A DNA stretch of 63,229 bases, filler included, from Reticulomyxa filosa (lineage: Eukaryota; Protista; Foraminifera): assembly GCA_000512085.1 (NCBI GenBank). It is 23 parts of 23 records of this genome, joined end to end, with 100 filler letters (N's around TTAATTAATTAA, not from the genome) between each part and the next. Parts side by side here need not be neighbours in the genome. Positions count along the whole stretch, not along the records: positions 23,823 to 28,210 come from ASPP01035252.1; positions 28,311 to 29,337 come from ASPP01021042.1; positions 29,438 to 30,983 come from ASPP01046858.1; positions 31,084 to 35,795 come from ASPP01028181.1; positions 35,896 to 37,048 come from ASPP01020709.1; positions 37,149 to 38,247 come from ASPP01007925.1; 17 more parts are not named here. One strand, 5' to 3'. Position 1 is the stretch's first letter, and the number at the start of each line of letters is the position of its first letter. This document shows positions 24,527 to 37,478 of the stretch, one piece after another. The notes beneath the pieces are model-generated. The model was not told the origin of the DNA and ran no database searches. It saw nothing but the letters and a program-made list of their open reading frames with translations. Made by a program: the position numbers and the translations under genes.

Positions 24527-26666
24527 ATGCTGTTAATTGATGCAAAAACAAGAGGAGAAGAAAAGGAAGCCAAGAAGACGACCTTTTCTCTTTCTGGTTG
24601 TTACAACAAAGAATGGATTTCCTTGACAAATGAATTGCAAAGTCTGAACGCATTTGTCTGCTGTCTTTGCAATCAAATCGCGAATAACGCAGTGGAATTA
24701 CAATGTGACAAACATGAAAATGCTGAACGTGTATATTTGGTTGGAGAAGAATGCTTACAAACCTACTTAAAACAAAACAACGGGAAATGTCCAATTGACC
24801 AGCATGAACATTGTGAATATTCGAAAAGTAAGATTACAAGACAGCACATTTCAGAGTTATTGGTAATTTGTCCTCGGTATTACGATTTAAATATATGCCT
24901 GCAATCGAATGAAGGAATAAAGCCTGGAGAAAAAGGGGAAATTGAAAAAAATCATTGTGATTACAAAGGAAAAATAAAGGATGTGAAAGATCATTTGAAC
25001 AAATCATGTCAATTAATTTCAATTCAACAAAACGATTCATCGAATATTCAAAGCCAGTTGAATACAATGAGAGAGCAAATTGATCAAGTGCAAAATACGG
25101 TAAAAGAGTTGCAATCTCAGTTGCAAAAGGAGAAATTACAAATTGAAAAGCTGAAAGAGAGTGACAATGAAAAAAACAAACAACTCGAACAACTCAATGT
25201 ACACACTTACTATTTTTGAAACGACGTTTGTTTGTTTTCAATATTACAATATTTGTATATATGTATATATATATATATATATATTAAGTTGAGTTGTTAA
25301 TTCAAAACCCACATAAACAATGGCACTTCATAATACACAAATACAAAACTAGGAAGAAATCAAGCAATTGAAACTCGAAAATGAAAGACTAAAGTTAGAC
25401 AGAGAATTGAATGAAAAAAAACAAAGTGGAAATGTTTCAAAACTGGTCGATGATAATTTGATCTTAAAACAGCAACCCTTACAAACCAATGACAGTGAAG
25501 ATAGAAAAGAAGAAGATAATGACAAACTATTGAAATTCAAAAGCGAACAATATTCGACATTCAATTTTGAATTGTTTCGTGTAACGTCCAAATTACTCAA
25601 AACTTTGAGTGGACATACCAATCGTGTGTGGAGTATTGATTATTCAACATTTGATGATAGTCCATGCATTTGTTCTGGATCACAAGATAAAACAGTTCGT
25701 GTATGGAATGTCGAGACTGCGGAGCAGATTCAATTATTCAAAGGACATGAAGATGATGTGTATTGTGTGAGATTTTCACAATATCATTATTATAATCACC
25801 ATCACAATGTTATTTGTTCCGCATCATATGACAAAACCATTTGTTTTTGGGATTTCAAAAATAACAGACAAATTCGTATATTTAATGAACACACGGATGG
25901 TGTTGCTGGTATTGAATTTTCAGCATTTACTGGTGGTCGATATTTGTGTTCTGGATCATATGACAAAACTATTCGTTTATGGGATATTGAAACATCCAAA
26001 TCATTACATGTTTTCAATGGACATACAAATGCTGTTTTATGTGTAGCTTTTTCTCATTTGCAAAGCTATAACAATAACAACACTAAAAGCAATGGCGTTG
26101 GTGTAATTGGTGGTAATGGATATACAATTTGTTCCGGATCAGGTGATACAACCATTCGAATATGGGATATTGAAACAACCAAACAATTGATTGTATTCAA
26201 AGGACATGAACATTATGTGAATAGTGTAAAATATGGATTACATGAGTCAGGACTTATTGGTGGCGCAAATACATTGTTATCAGGATCAAATGATTTCAGT
26301 GTTCGTTTGTGGGATATTCGATCTAAAAAACAAATTCAAGTGTTCAATGGACATAACAATTTAGTCATGGCTGTTGAATATTCACCTTATATGAATTGTA
26401 GCAATATTGGCGGTGGAAATGTAATATGTTCTGGATCGGCAGATAATACAATTCGTTTTTGGGATATTCGATCAAATAAGAAGGAATTGCATATGATTAA
26501 AGGAGATGATAAAGAAGACGACAAAATACTGTGTCTTAGATTTTTATCCTTGCGAAAGAAACAAACGGACGATGATGATAGCCTCAATTTGTGTTATGGC
26601 TCAGGTAAAGGTCCCATTCGTTTTTGGGGACAAATTGTCAGTGACAATTTTTTTGAATGTATATAA
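24527..26666 (+). CDS. RING/TRAF-like zinc finger + coiled coil + WD40-repeat protein, intron ~25199-25352
   Basis: CCLCNQIANNAVELQCDKH...CPIDQHEHC...CPR...CDYKGKIKDVKDHLNKSC, heptad region, then repeated GH...WD units (ICSGSQDKTVRVWN, LCSGSYDKTIRLWD and others). Confidence 0.9.
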
Positions 26667-27660
26667 AAATTTATTTTGAACGGATTTGAATTAATTTGTT
26701 TCGCTGAGAGATTGGACTTTTTTTTTGAAAATTTTTGTCACCCAAAGAAAAAAGTTATTGATGTTGAGAAAGTGTCAATTTATATTAATTATTAAAGTGT
26801 GTGGTCATAAATAATACTTTTAAACGAATGTAAACCGATTATTATATTAAGGAAAACAAAATTTACTTCAAAGATTTTTTGAAATCTTATTTACTTCATT
26901 TCTCTCTCATTGTGATGACAGTTGGAACATACTTGCAACAGCAACACTTCTTTTTTGTAATAATTCTATCGTCCTATTTTTGACGGTAGGGTCTCAATAA
27001 ATTTTTTTTAACGTGACGTGATATTCGTCAATACCTTGTTGATAACACAAAAACAACTAAAAAGCTAAACCGAGGAGAACTAAGATTGGAGATAAATACT
27101 TAACAGAGTAGCCAAAAACACAAGAAATAACAAAAAACATCACGTTATATCAGAAATTAAAGAAAAGAAATTTTGTGACAAAGCTTTATTTCATACGATA
27201 TTTATGTAGGACAACGGAACACCTTTTTTCTAAGTCTTTAAGGCCTTTACACCAAAGCAAAAGAACAAAGAATTTGTATCTTTTTTTAAATTTGTTTTTG
27301 AGCTGACTTTTCTTTATCGACTTGAGCCAAAGACTATATTAAGATAAAGCGTGATAAATACAAAAGAAGCGTTGGTTATCAAAAATGAATTGATCAGTTA
27401 TTGCCAGATATTTTTCTCCAACTTTAGGACATTTACTGTTTGGTGACAAAAAAAAAAACTCCGCTATTTTGCTTTCTTTGTGTTCCATCCACATATTTTA
27501 AAGAGATGGGACGTAAAGAAAATATTATTTTTTTAGTCCTACATGTATCGTTTTAAAAGGGGGTACTTTGGAGAGGCTTGGAAAAGCTGTCGTTGTTTTT
27601 TTTTTTTGAAAAGAAAGCTCTACATTCCATTTGACTTAAAATAAAAACAAAAAAAGACTA

Positions 27661-28072
27661 ATGAGCCAAGCGAAAAAAGAAGCGTCTCATCCATCCACAA
27701 CCAAAACAAGTGGAGACACAAAGACACACAAGGACGAAGAGACAAAAGAAGACCTGAGCTCGTCGAAATTGGAACGATTGGACAACCGAATCCAAGTGAA
27801 CGTGATCCAAGGCCGTAATTTGCCGGCGGCAGATGCGAACGGCAATAGTGACCCGTATGTGAAAGTGACATTCGTGAGCAAGTCAAACCCAAAGCGACCG
27901 CTAGAGCAATCTCGAACGCGAGTTATACGTAAGAACCGCAACCCGGTGTGGAACGACGCGATTATCTGTGAGGGCGTAGGTGTGCTAAAGGATTGCAAGT
28001 CGATCATTTTGGACGTGTGGGACTACGACAGAGCTACTTCCGATGACTTTTTGGGCACTGTCACGATTACTG
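27661..28072 (+). CDS. C2-domain protein, first exon (3'-truncated)
   Basis: VNVIQGRNLPAADANGNSDPYVKV...TRVIRKNRNPVWN...LDVWDYDRATSDDFLG; Ca-binding Asp residues present. Confidence 0.9.
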
Positions 28073-28450
28073 GAATTGAAGTTATATAAACATAAAAACA
28101 TATATACATGTATATATTTGTATATATACAAATACATACATATATGTATATTTATTTATTTTGTGTGAATGAGTTTTTTTTTTTTTTTTTTTTTTTTTTA
28201 TTTTTTTTTTNNNNNNNNNNNNNNNNNNNNNNNNNNNNNNNNNNNNNNNNNNNNTTAATTAATTAANNNNNNNNNNNNNNNNNNNNNNNNNNNNNNNNNN
28301 NNNNNNNNNNTTTTTTTTTTTTTTTTTGTGTTTATTTATTATATGCATATACATACATATGTTTATGTATATGAATATATTTTTTTTATTCTTTGTGTTT
28401 TATAACTCTTGCACATGACACACACACACACACACACACACATCGGCGTG

Positions 28451-29337
28451 ATAGAACAAACCGAGGAAGAGTCGTCTGCGGAACAGTTCCTTGAGAAAAC
28501 CTCGATCTATTTGCAAAAGAAAAAGGCCGAAGTTTTGTTTGCATTGATTCACTTTCCTTTGCATGTTCATAAAAAAAAAAAAAAAAAAAAAACAAATACA
28601 CACAAATGAAATTTGCTAGTTGGAGATTAAACACGAAGACAGCTTGGAAGAAGTGCGATGGCTGACATTCAGTTGCTTGACGAGCTTGGGTCATGACATC
28701 GAAGCATGTTGGAATTCCAAAAAATTGATGATGCCAGAGGTCTTTTTTGTTTTATCATATGATTATATACACATATAAATATATATATATATATATAATC
28801 ACATGAATTGATATAATAGAAAGTGATCTCCGATACCGAACTGAATGACAATCTTCGTGAGTGCATGAAAAAGCGTGAGCGATTAAAAGGGTATTCACGA
28901 AACTTGGTCACGGGCTCAACGCGCAACTTCCCAACCACGCTATTGTTGCCACACGAACCGTCGCCAAAGTCATATGCCATTGGCTATCGCAATGAATACG
29001 ACACCTCCATGTGCTTTCGGTGCCATGGACAAATCCCGTCTCACTCTTTTTTGCTTCATGCCAATAAGTGCTCGGATAGCCACTCGAACGGCGACAAAGA
29101 GCACGTGTCACACAGCAGTGCTCCGCATCGCATCTTAAACCCACCCTTGTCATTGCATCCGAAAACCATGAAAAAGCAGAAGGAAATTGACGCAGCAAAG
29201 AAAAAGAAGACAAAGACGAACACAGACACAAATGCAAATGCAAATGCAAATACAAATACAAATACAAATACAAACACGAACAATGAGACCCAAAAACATA
29301 GCAAGGTGCAGCCCGATGTTGCCAATGGCATCAATGG
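28451..29337 (+). CDS. Internal exons of a hypothetical protein with a C2HC (UBZ-like) finger and Asn/Thr low-complexity tail
   Basis: Exon-like blocks joined by GT-AG introns; CFRCHGQIPSHSFLLHANKC has C-x2-C-x11-H-x3-C spacing. Confidence 0.5.
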
Positions 29338-29438
29338 NNNNNNNNNNNNNNNNNNNNNNNNNNNNNNNNNNNNNNNNNNNNTTAATTAATTAANNNNNNN
29401 NNNNNNNNNNNNNNNNNNNNNNNNNNNNNNNNNNNNNT

Positions 29439-29768
29439 TATAAGCTCACAGTCAATTTATTTTCTTATGGGAAAAGTTACAATGGCAGAACCGGAGGAAC
29501 CTCGGATCAATTTATATTAACTGTAACGGATAATGGTTGCGTAGCTAAACAAAAATTTAGTGGGGTGGTCAGTGCAAGCGAACGCTCCATAAATTATGAA
29601 TACAATTATTCTCCAGGTCGTACATTTAATGATCATTGCAGTAAAGTTTATCCTTCGTGGCAGATAGGAATGAGAGATTCAACTACTGAAGATACCGAAT
29701 ACAATAACAAATGTATGATTGCTTTGGGTGGAATCCGTGATCGATTAAAAAAGTATTATAACCTCTAA
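29439..29768 (+). CDS. 3' end of an unidentified intronless ORF
   Basis: Frame open from the contig start: YKLTVNLFSYGKSYNGRTGGTSDQFILTVTDNGCVAKQKFSGVV...RLKKYYNL-stop. Confidence 0.4.
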   Translation, partial: YKLTVNLFSYGKSYNGRTGGTSDQFILTVTDNGCVAKQKFSGVVSASERSINYEYNYSPGRTFNDHCSKVYPSWQIGMRDSTTEDTEYNNKCMIALGGIRDRLKKYYNL

Positions 29769-30876
29769 ACCAAAATGGAAATTTTTTCTGTCATTGTACC
29801 CTTTTCTATTTTGCTTGTTATTCATAGTCTCGGGCAGACTAATTTGAGTCTTTTATTATCTTTTTCTAAATTTCTTATACCCAAATTGCACGAAAAAATA
29901 TATCACAATTTTTTAAAATTCTCTATTTTATTTTTTTTTATAATCGATTGTACGTCGAGTGATAAAAATCCAATAAAATCAAACTGTTTCGTGTTTGAAG
30001 AGATCTGATCAATTGTGATCTAAGTTGTGACTTTGCACGCTCTTTTTTGTCGAGTTACTCATTTCAACCTTAATGAAAGAAAGTTTAGACGAAGTAATCT
30101 TAAAACTTTTGTTTTTTAAACTAAAAATTTTAGACTATCACTTGCGCAAAAATTTCAGCCAAATGCAAAAATTATTCAATCATTATAAATCACATTTGGT
30201 ATTGGAGTATTGAAACCCTTTAAATTTTTACTGAGTTTCACGGGAAGCAAAGAGAAGTTTACTTTTTCTAATTTGTTGTAACTTTAGATAAACTTAACAT
30301 TTGCTGACCTTTCTGAAATGTGATCTGTCGTGTTTGTCCTCACTCAAGAGAGTTCTAAACAATTTTGGCCTTGGCCAAAAAAAAGATAATAACAAATAAT
30401 AATAGTAGCAACCTAAGATACCAATAGCTACACTTTGGGAATGATATCAAGGGTGTGTGAAGACTTCAACAGTATAATAGCACACTTACGCAACATCCTT
30501 GGAAATATGAAACTTGTACAAAAAGGGCTGGCGTTAAGCAAATAATATTACCAGTTTTGTCCTTTATTTTTCTTTTAAAAAAGGATGGAAACAGGTGAGT
30601 ACAATTGTGTAAAGCAAAGTTAATAAAAGAGTACAATATGTTAACAAATATGTGGAATCAGACAATCTGCGCGTAGTCGCACATATTGGAATTCGTAAAT
30701 ATGATCAATGATATATAGAGTGCGGAGTTGTCATATCAAAATCACTACAACAATGATAACATCAATACTTGTATTTAAAAGTTTATCGGCAATGGATTGT
30801 GATCAGATATTCAATCACTTTCTTTGATTATTTTCAATTCTCCTTTTTTTGCTTTTTTCACATTTTTTTCCAAATA

Positions 30877-30983
30877 CAGTTGGATAAAAAAGAAAGTTGA
30901 CACATAAAATGTCACCTTATAGAGATTAATGTGTTTCTACATGAAAAAACAACATTTAATCAAAAATTTTTAAAAATATCTAC
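30877..30983 (+). mobile_element. Divergent member of the Tc1-like terminus family at a contig end
   Basis: TA|CAGTTGGATAAAAAAGAAAGTTGAC followed by CATGAAAA..CAACATTTA..AAAAATATCTAC, blocks shared with the 23823-23999 element. Confidence 0.5.
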
Positions 30984-31083
30984 NNNNNNNNNNNNNNNNN
31001 NNNNNNNNNNNNNNNNNNNNNNNNNNNTTAATTAATTAANNNNNNNNNNNNNNNNNNNNNNNNNNNNNNNNNNNNNNNNNNNN

Positions 31084-34000
31084 CAAAAAATTTGAGGCAA
31101 GTATCAAATACTTGCAATCGAATAAAACAAATTTAATAAAAGATTCGTGTACAATGGTGTCGTCTTCTTTTGTTGTGACCAAAGAATTGATTATCGAATC
31201 TTTCAAATCATTCTTTGGACGCAAATCCATATTTGTAAATGATAACAAACAAATGTGTTCCGTCTTAGTATCGATTTTTTTGAAAAAATCAAAAATGTCA
31301 CAGTCTCCTTGTACCAACTTAGAACAACATAAATCTGTTGGAAATTCAGTGATGTTTATTTCATTGATGTATGCAAATCAGCCGAAAAACATATAAAATT
31401 AAGTTGTATTGACCTATGAGCAATTTTAATATATTTAAGATTTTCCAAATTCAGAAATGTAAGCAAACTGTTTTATTATAAGTACTTAAGGACCAACAAA
31501 AATCTCCCTTTTCTTTTTCTTTGAAAAATGTTAGAAATAAGATCCAATCTTCCATACAATTTTTTAAGTTTCCCAACCCCAGAAGAAGAAGAAGCAGTTT
31601 TCAAAAGCTTATTGGAAGAGCGTATCTCCTCTTTGATTCCATTTTCTAAAAGTAAAGACGACACAGAGAGCCTCGGTGAGAATGATCCAGAACGAATACC
31701 CTCTGAAGTGTGTCCAGGAGTACTTGGGAATGATCCGTGAGGTAACGATAGATAAGGAGAATTTGGACTATTTGAATTACCACGAGACGTTTTACATATG
31801 TAGCATGACGGACAATCTCCAGTATTGGATAGTCCTTGTTGAAAAGGAATCATTTGTTGTACGTTGCGAAAACGGCGGATTGCCGTCACCTAACACTTTG
31901 TCGTCGCTTCAGTTTTTCAAAATTATACATCACAATATTGCTTCAATTTGTTTGAACACTGCCAAGTCGTTAATGATTCATATAACGAATGTCAATGTCA
32001 TGAGTTCTGATGGGTCGTCGAACAAGGGTTCTCACTTTACAATTTTTTTTTGAAACGTTAAAAAAAAAATACAATGCAACAATACTGGAAGGAGTCCCTT
32101 CATGGACATGATTTTTTAATCAAAGATGTATTAATGTACAGTGGCGAGTTGTGATGAACGAAACGCTGCCCCCAACAGCAAATTGCGAAGATATTCAGGG
32201 GATTGAAAATGCAATCACTGGCAAATTCGCATTTGATTTTGGAGGGAAGCATTACAGAAAAAACGTTGCTACCACGGATGAAAGGGAGAACAGATAGTTA
32301 GAAAAATTTCGGAACGGTCTCGTTTTTTCCAAAGAAAGAGGGAAATATTGTTTTAGAGACAGTTCGACTATCACTTTTTTTTAAAAAAAAAAGGCAAAAA
32401 TAATGAGCACTGGTGTCCTTTTTCGTACAAGTGAAGATCCTGGTGCATTTAAATTACACACACACAATCGACTTCGCCGCTGTGCTTGTATTGCCGATTG
32501 GATCAATATCTCTGTCTTACGCCGGGTCATGGAAAAATAATAACGATATCATTCATCACGACGTGTACGATACGGAATAGTAGACAAACCACTTTCTTGA
32601 CAAAACACTATGCGCAGCAAGGTAAACCCTTTCGGGATTGGAGCGATGCTAGAAAGTTGAAATTAATGTGTGCGTCCGCTATTGTTGAGGCAACACCTTC
32701 AAAAGTATTGGTGAAAGTGAACTGAACCTTGCATTTGGAGATCCCAAATTTCGTGAATATTTTTTTAAAAAATAGTGACGGAAAAAAAATATGTACAACA
32801 CGTGCCACCACAAACACTTTCGCTACAACATACAAAATAATATCAATGACTTTAAATCTTCTAATGTTTTTTCTTCGTTGCTTTAACAATATTTTCAATT
32901 GTTATTGCAGCGAGGCCTTTGAAAAATAAATACAAAATCGAACATAGAGGAAAACACGTGTTTTCTTACATTAATTGAATACAAAAACGCTTCAATGCAA
33001 GTTTTTTTCTTTTTCTTTATCATCTTCATGTTATTCGTATTTTTCTTTTCATCTACACCTACATGACGGCAATAAGATACTACTCCAAGTCTTTTTTGCC
33101 AATAGTGACAAGAATCAATTCCCATTTCGCACAGTCTAACGCGCTTTCTTTTAGATTTAAAATATTAAAGTTCAAAAATTTTTTACGATGAGTATGGTTT
33201 GGTAACAAAGATGTCAAGTGAGCTGGAGGTGGGACATTACAATTATTGTCAAAAGAAAAATTAAAAAAAAGCACAATCCACACAAAAAGATAAATTTTTC
33301 AATCAAAAAATGTGAGGCAAGCGTTAAATACTTGCAATCAAATATGCCATAAATTTGGCATTGTTTGTGCTTTGCTTCACTCTTGCTTGATACCGCAACC
33401 ACAACAACTACTTTCCAAGTTCTTGACAGGCATTATATTCTTTGCAGACCTATGTTATATACGTGTGTATTGTCATAAATATTTCAATCACATTACAAAA
33501 AAACATTATAACTTGGAATACAGGCTGCAAATATAATCACGATGATAATCAGCTCACCATTTTCAATTCATCATGAACCACAGTACACGATATGGATTTC
33601 CAATTTTTGTTTCTAAACTATACGTCATTCAAAACGCAATAACATGATCCATATTTAATGCACACCATCATTAATAGATATTTGTTCAATGATGAACAAA
33701 TAAATTTCTTGGAAAAATGATGGATACGTGCATTGTAGTGTGGCTTCCATGATTTGACATATTGTGTTCCATCATCAACAATTCGACCATGATATTGCCA
33801 CCTTTACTTTCATGTATGCAACCGTCGATATTGCTGAGGTTCCTGCTACAATTGCCATCATTGCTGGGAACTCGCTGCAGCGCCAATGACAATAAAAACA
33901 ACAAAAAAGTATCCATTCGCATTCCAAAACTTCGTTGATACACCTTGGAATATCTGTTAAAATATTTCAAGCAACACATATCATATACATAAAAATAAAT

Positions 34001-35700
34001 AACCAATATACGTATAAATATGTGGTGTTGTTATTAGTTATTGAATATGTACATATATTTTTAAAAAAAATGTATATATAAAAACTTTTTTAAACAATGG
34101 ACCCAAATTCAATTACAACGACAGGTAACAGGAACTTGGAACAGGTACACATAAATGACCAACCAAATACTGTTTGGAAAAGGAGATGGGAGGGGGCTCG
34201 ACTGCTGATATAAAATATTGCTTATCAGGATCCAGCGCCACCAACACATTGCCATATCCAAAATTTTTTCTTGATTTGCTAGATAATGGAACGACGTTTG
34301 AATGATCGATCCAATTATCGACTGACACAATTGATGTTGTCACTTTTTGTAACAAATGTGAAATAACATTAGCTTCTCATTGTGCACCAAATGAAATCGT
34401 GGAATAAAGCAGCGGTACCCAAATATTGGCGCACACAACACCAATCCAATGTCTTGAATTGAAATTAATAGATGAAAACATAGACTGTGTTTCATCGTTG
34501 TCGTCCTTATCATTGGCACACACCATCCAGTAACTTCCGTTGAGTGGGCGCACTATGTGAAATTAGTCCATGTTAAGGACGCGCAAAGCCTCCACTTGTG
34601 TGTGAAGAGCAATAACCCAAGTAGCATTGACAGCCGAACTTTTTTTTTTCTTTTTAAACAAATTCAACGATGATATGACATTAGAATAATCTTTTTCTGT
34701 ATCATCCTTATCTTTTTATTTATTAATGATCTTGACTTGGATATCGCAAAACTTGTCCATCAAATTGGAGCCACCACATCGGAAGAGGGTGCAGACGTTG
34801 CATGAGACAATCACATATGACGATCGAGTAAGACACTTTTACATGGAACTATTCTTCCATTTCTTCGAGCAATACAGTCGCTGCTGCTGTTTCGATACCG
34901 TAATGTCGATATCGTTTTTTTTTTTTTTTGGCGCAGTATTTTCACGTCTTTCTTTCTGGATGTTGATACTGCCCGATTACGAACGAAAGCAAGCTTACCA
35001 AGAATAAAGATTGTCCTTGATTGAACTGGGACAATTTCTTTCAACTATTCCAATGCCATCATATGATGGATATTTTCAAAATACGATGTTCATCCACTAT
35101 TGCAGCCATTATGATGAGGGACATATCTTGGCCTTGTTGAATGGACGTATGATCATGAGCACGAGCATTTCGAATAACAATCATTATCCAATGTTTTGCT
35201 TGATGATCCAATGAGGGAAGTCACCATTCTTGTTTTTTTTTTTTTCATTATTAAGCATATTCGTTGTTGTCGTTTTTTTTGGTGTGGGCTTCGTCTTTCT
35301 TGCTCTTTTGCGTGCCATGGCTTCAACTTGCTTTTTGAGTGGGCCAAAGGTTCCTACGCATCTCTGCGTTTTGATTGTTGTTCTGTGCCATAAAATTAGC
35401 GCCAATTTCCATAACGATCGAGTTTCCCTTCGGGCTTCCACTTGGCAACATGTTTTAATACACGTTCTTGAGCTATAAATCAAAGTGGAGACTCGGATCA
35501 CAAACAATCCTCGCTTCGGTGGACATGTAAAGTGATGTATTTCTTTGTACATGCCATCGTGATTGTCCCATCCTTCACGCTTATCTTCTCGTCTGTTGCG
35601 GAGTGCATGGTGCCAATGAAACGGATTGTGGCCACCATGCAATTGGTAAATTCTAGTCTCATCCAATCAAGAGATTTATCGTCGCTTTTTTCGTTGTTGT
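31084..35700 (-). pseudogene. Long decayed multi-exon coding region, family unidentified
   Basis: Protein-like stretches broken by stops and frameshifts (e.g. NATWVIALHTQVEALRVLNMD*FH...GAQ*EANVISHLLQK); internal duplicated motif FDCKYLxLASxFL. Confidence 0.45.
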
Positions 35701-36024
35701 CTTGACCCGAACTCGTTCAATGCTGAAGAGTGAGCGAGTTATGCTAACTCTTCAGTGATTCAAACTGAAGTGCATTCCTTGTTCGTTCGACTTCGNNNNN
35801 NNNNNNNNNNNNNNNNNNNNNNNNNNNNNNNNNNNNNNNTTAATTAATTAANNNNNNNNNNNNNNNNNNNNNNNNNNNNNNNNNNNNNNNNNNNNTGTGT
35901 ATTTTTGACAATTTTTTAAAACGAAAATTCTACAAGAACAATTTATAATTTTAATTTTGTATACGTGATTTATATTTAAAAAAAAATAGGCAACATGACG
36001 ACAATGACGATTACAAAAAGATGA

Positions 36025-36370
36025 ATGTGCTGAAGTCACCCCCTGTCTCCGAAAGGAGCAGACATTGTTTGTTTATTTTGTCTTATTTTTTAAAAAATAT
36101 TCACATGTTGTATGCATTGAATAATCGGCAATTGAATGCAGTTATTTTTTTTACTACCCTCCACACAAAAGAAAAAGAAATGGAGTTGAAGTCCAACCCT
36201 GCATCCGAAAGGACTCATAACGGTTTTTTATGTTTATTTGCTTATTTTTCTGTTGTTAAAATAATGTGGTTGTTTGTACTTGTGATAAATAGTAACTCCA
36301 CTGTCAAAAAAAAAGTATTATATATATATGTTCACTTCCCTTTACAAATAAAACAAAAAGTGATGTTTAT
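36025..36370 (+). repeat. ~156-bp degenerate tandem repeat with TGAAGTC and TCC-GAAA-GGA hairpin
   Basis: TGAAGTC at 36031 and 36187, each followed by TCCGAAAGGA; homologous to the minus strand of 57390-57670. Confidence 0.7.
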
Positions 36371-37478
36371 TGTTTTTCTATAGAAAAAATTATATACCGA
36401 ACTGCAGTCATAAATGTAAGTATATTCTTTTTGCTGTCCTTAATAATATAAAAAATAATTTTGCTTGTGTGTTGTGTAGATCACCAGAGACCCAAAGAAA
36501 TTTTTTTAAAAAAATGAAATTTGTGAAAAATGATGTAAATATTGTAATGTAAAAAAATAGTGAATTGAAAAAAAGGGTGAATGGAAAAAAGAATGAAATG
36601 GAAAAAAGGAGGTATAGTGAAAGGAAAAAAAGATAAATAATAGATAAAAAAAAGATAGTAAAAAAGAAAAGAATTAGAAAAATTTGTTATTATTGAAGAA
36701 AAAAAATGATAAATATAATAATATGAAAAAAAAGTAAAAAAATAATAAGAAAGCAAAGAAAAAATGTAAGTGTATTTTTTATTTTAGTTGGAGCTGTACA
36801 GTGGCTCAAATAATTATTAGTTAAGTAAAAAGAAATGTGAATTTATTTCATTTTTGACTTGTTTGATTAAAGAGCAATTTTGATCAAGTGTTGGAGTTGC
36901 ATAAGATTCACTTGTAACTTTCAACAGAATTCGCTGATGATTTAAAAGATAAAAGTTTCGAACATGATGTCAATGGATGATTATTTGTTAAATTGCAAAT
37001 AGAAACTTTTAAATGCAACAACAGTCAAACAGCATGCAAAAAAAAAAANNNNNNNNNNNNNNNNNNNNNNNNNNNNNNNNNNNNNNNNNNNNTTAATTAA
37101 TTAANNNNNNNNNNNNNNNNNNNNNNNNNNNNNNNNNNNNNNNNNNNNAAAAAAAAAGGGAGACGGATAATGACGTAATTCTTGGTGGGTGAAATGTCGT
37201 AAAATCAATGAGAAGTACAAAACACTTGAATACCGTAATATACTTAAAAACAAAAAAACACAGAAACTTGCGATATAAAAAAGAATGCATTGATTTATCT
37301 TTAAAAAAATAATTTTTCTTGCATTTCTATTTTTGTTGTGATTTGGAAATGCAAAACACAAATGCATTTTTCGGCTTTTGGTCAAAAGAAGACACACAAC
37401 CCTCAAAATCAAAAATAACACAGATCGTTTTTCCAAAAATAAAAAACCCAACAATTTTATTGTACATTTTGATTGTCA

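Noticed and set aside
31084-35795. Stop-codon reassignment explaining in-frame stops
   Set aside because: Stops are of mixed types and accompanied by frameshifts, while conserved genes in the window have clean frames ending in TAA or TGA.
36195-36225. Hammerhead ribozyme (minus strand GTTATGA-GTCC-TTTC-GGAT-GCAG)
   Set aside because: Core CUGANGA and GAAA are not intact, and the other repeat copies lack even this resemblance.
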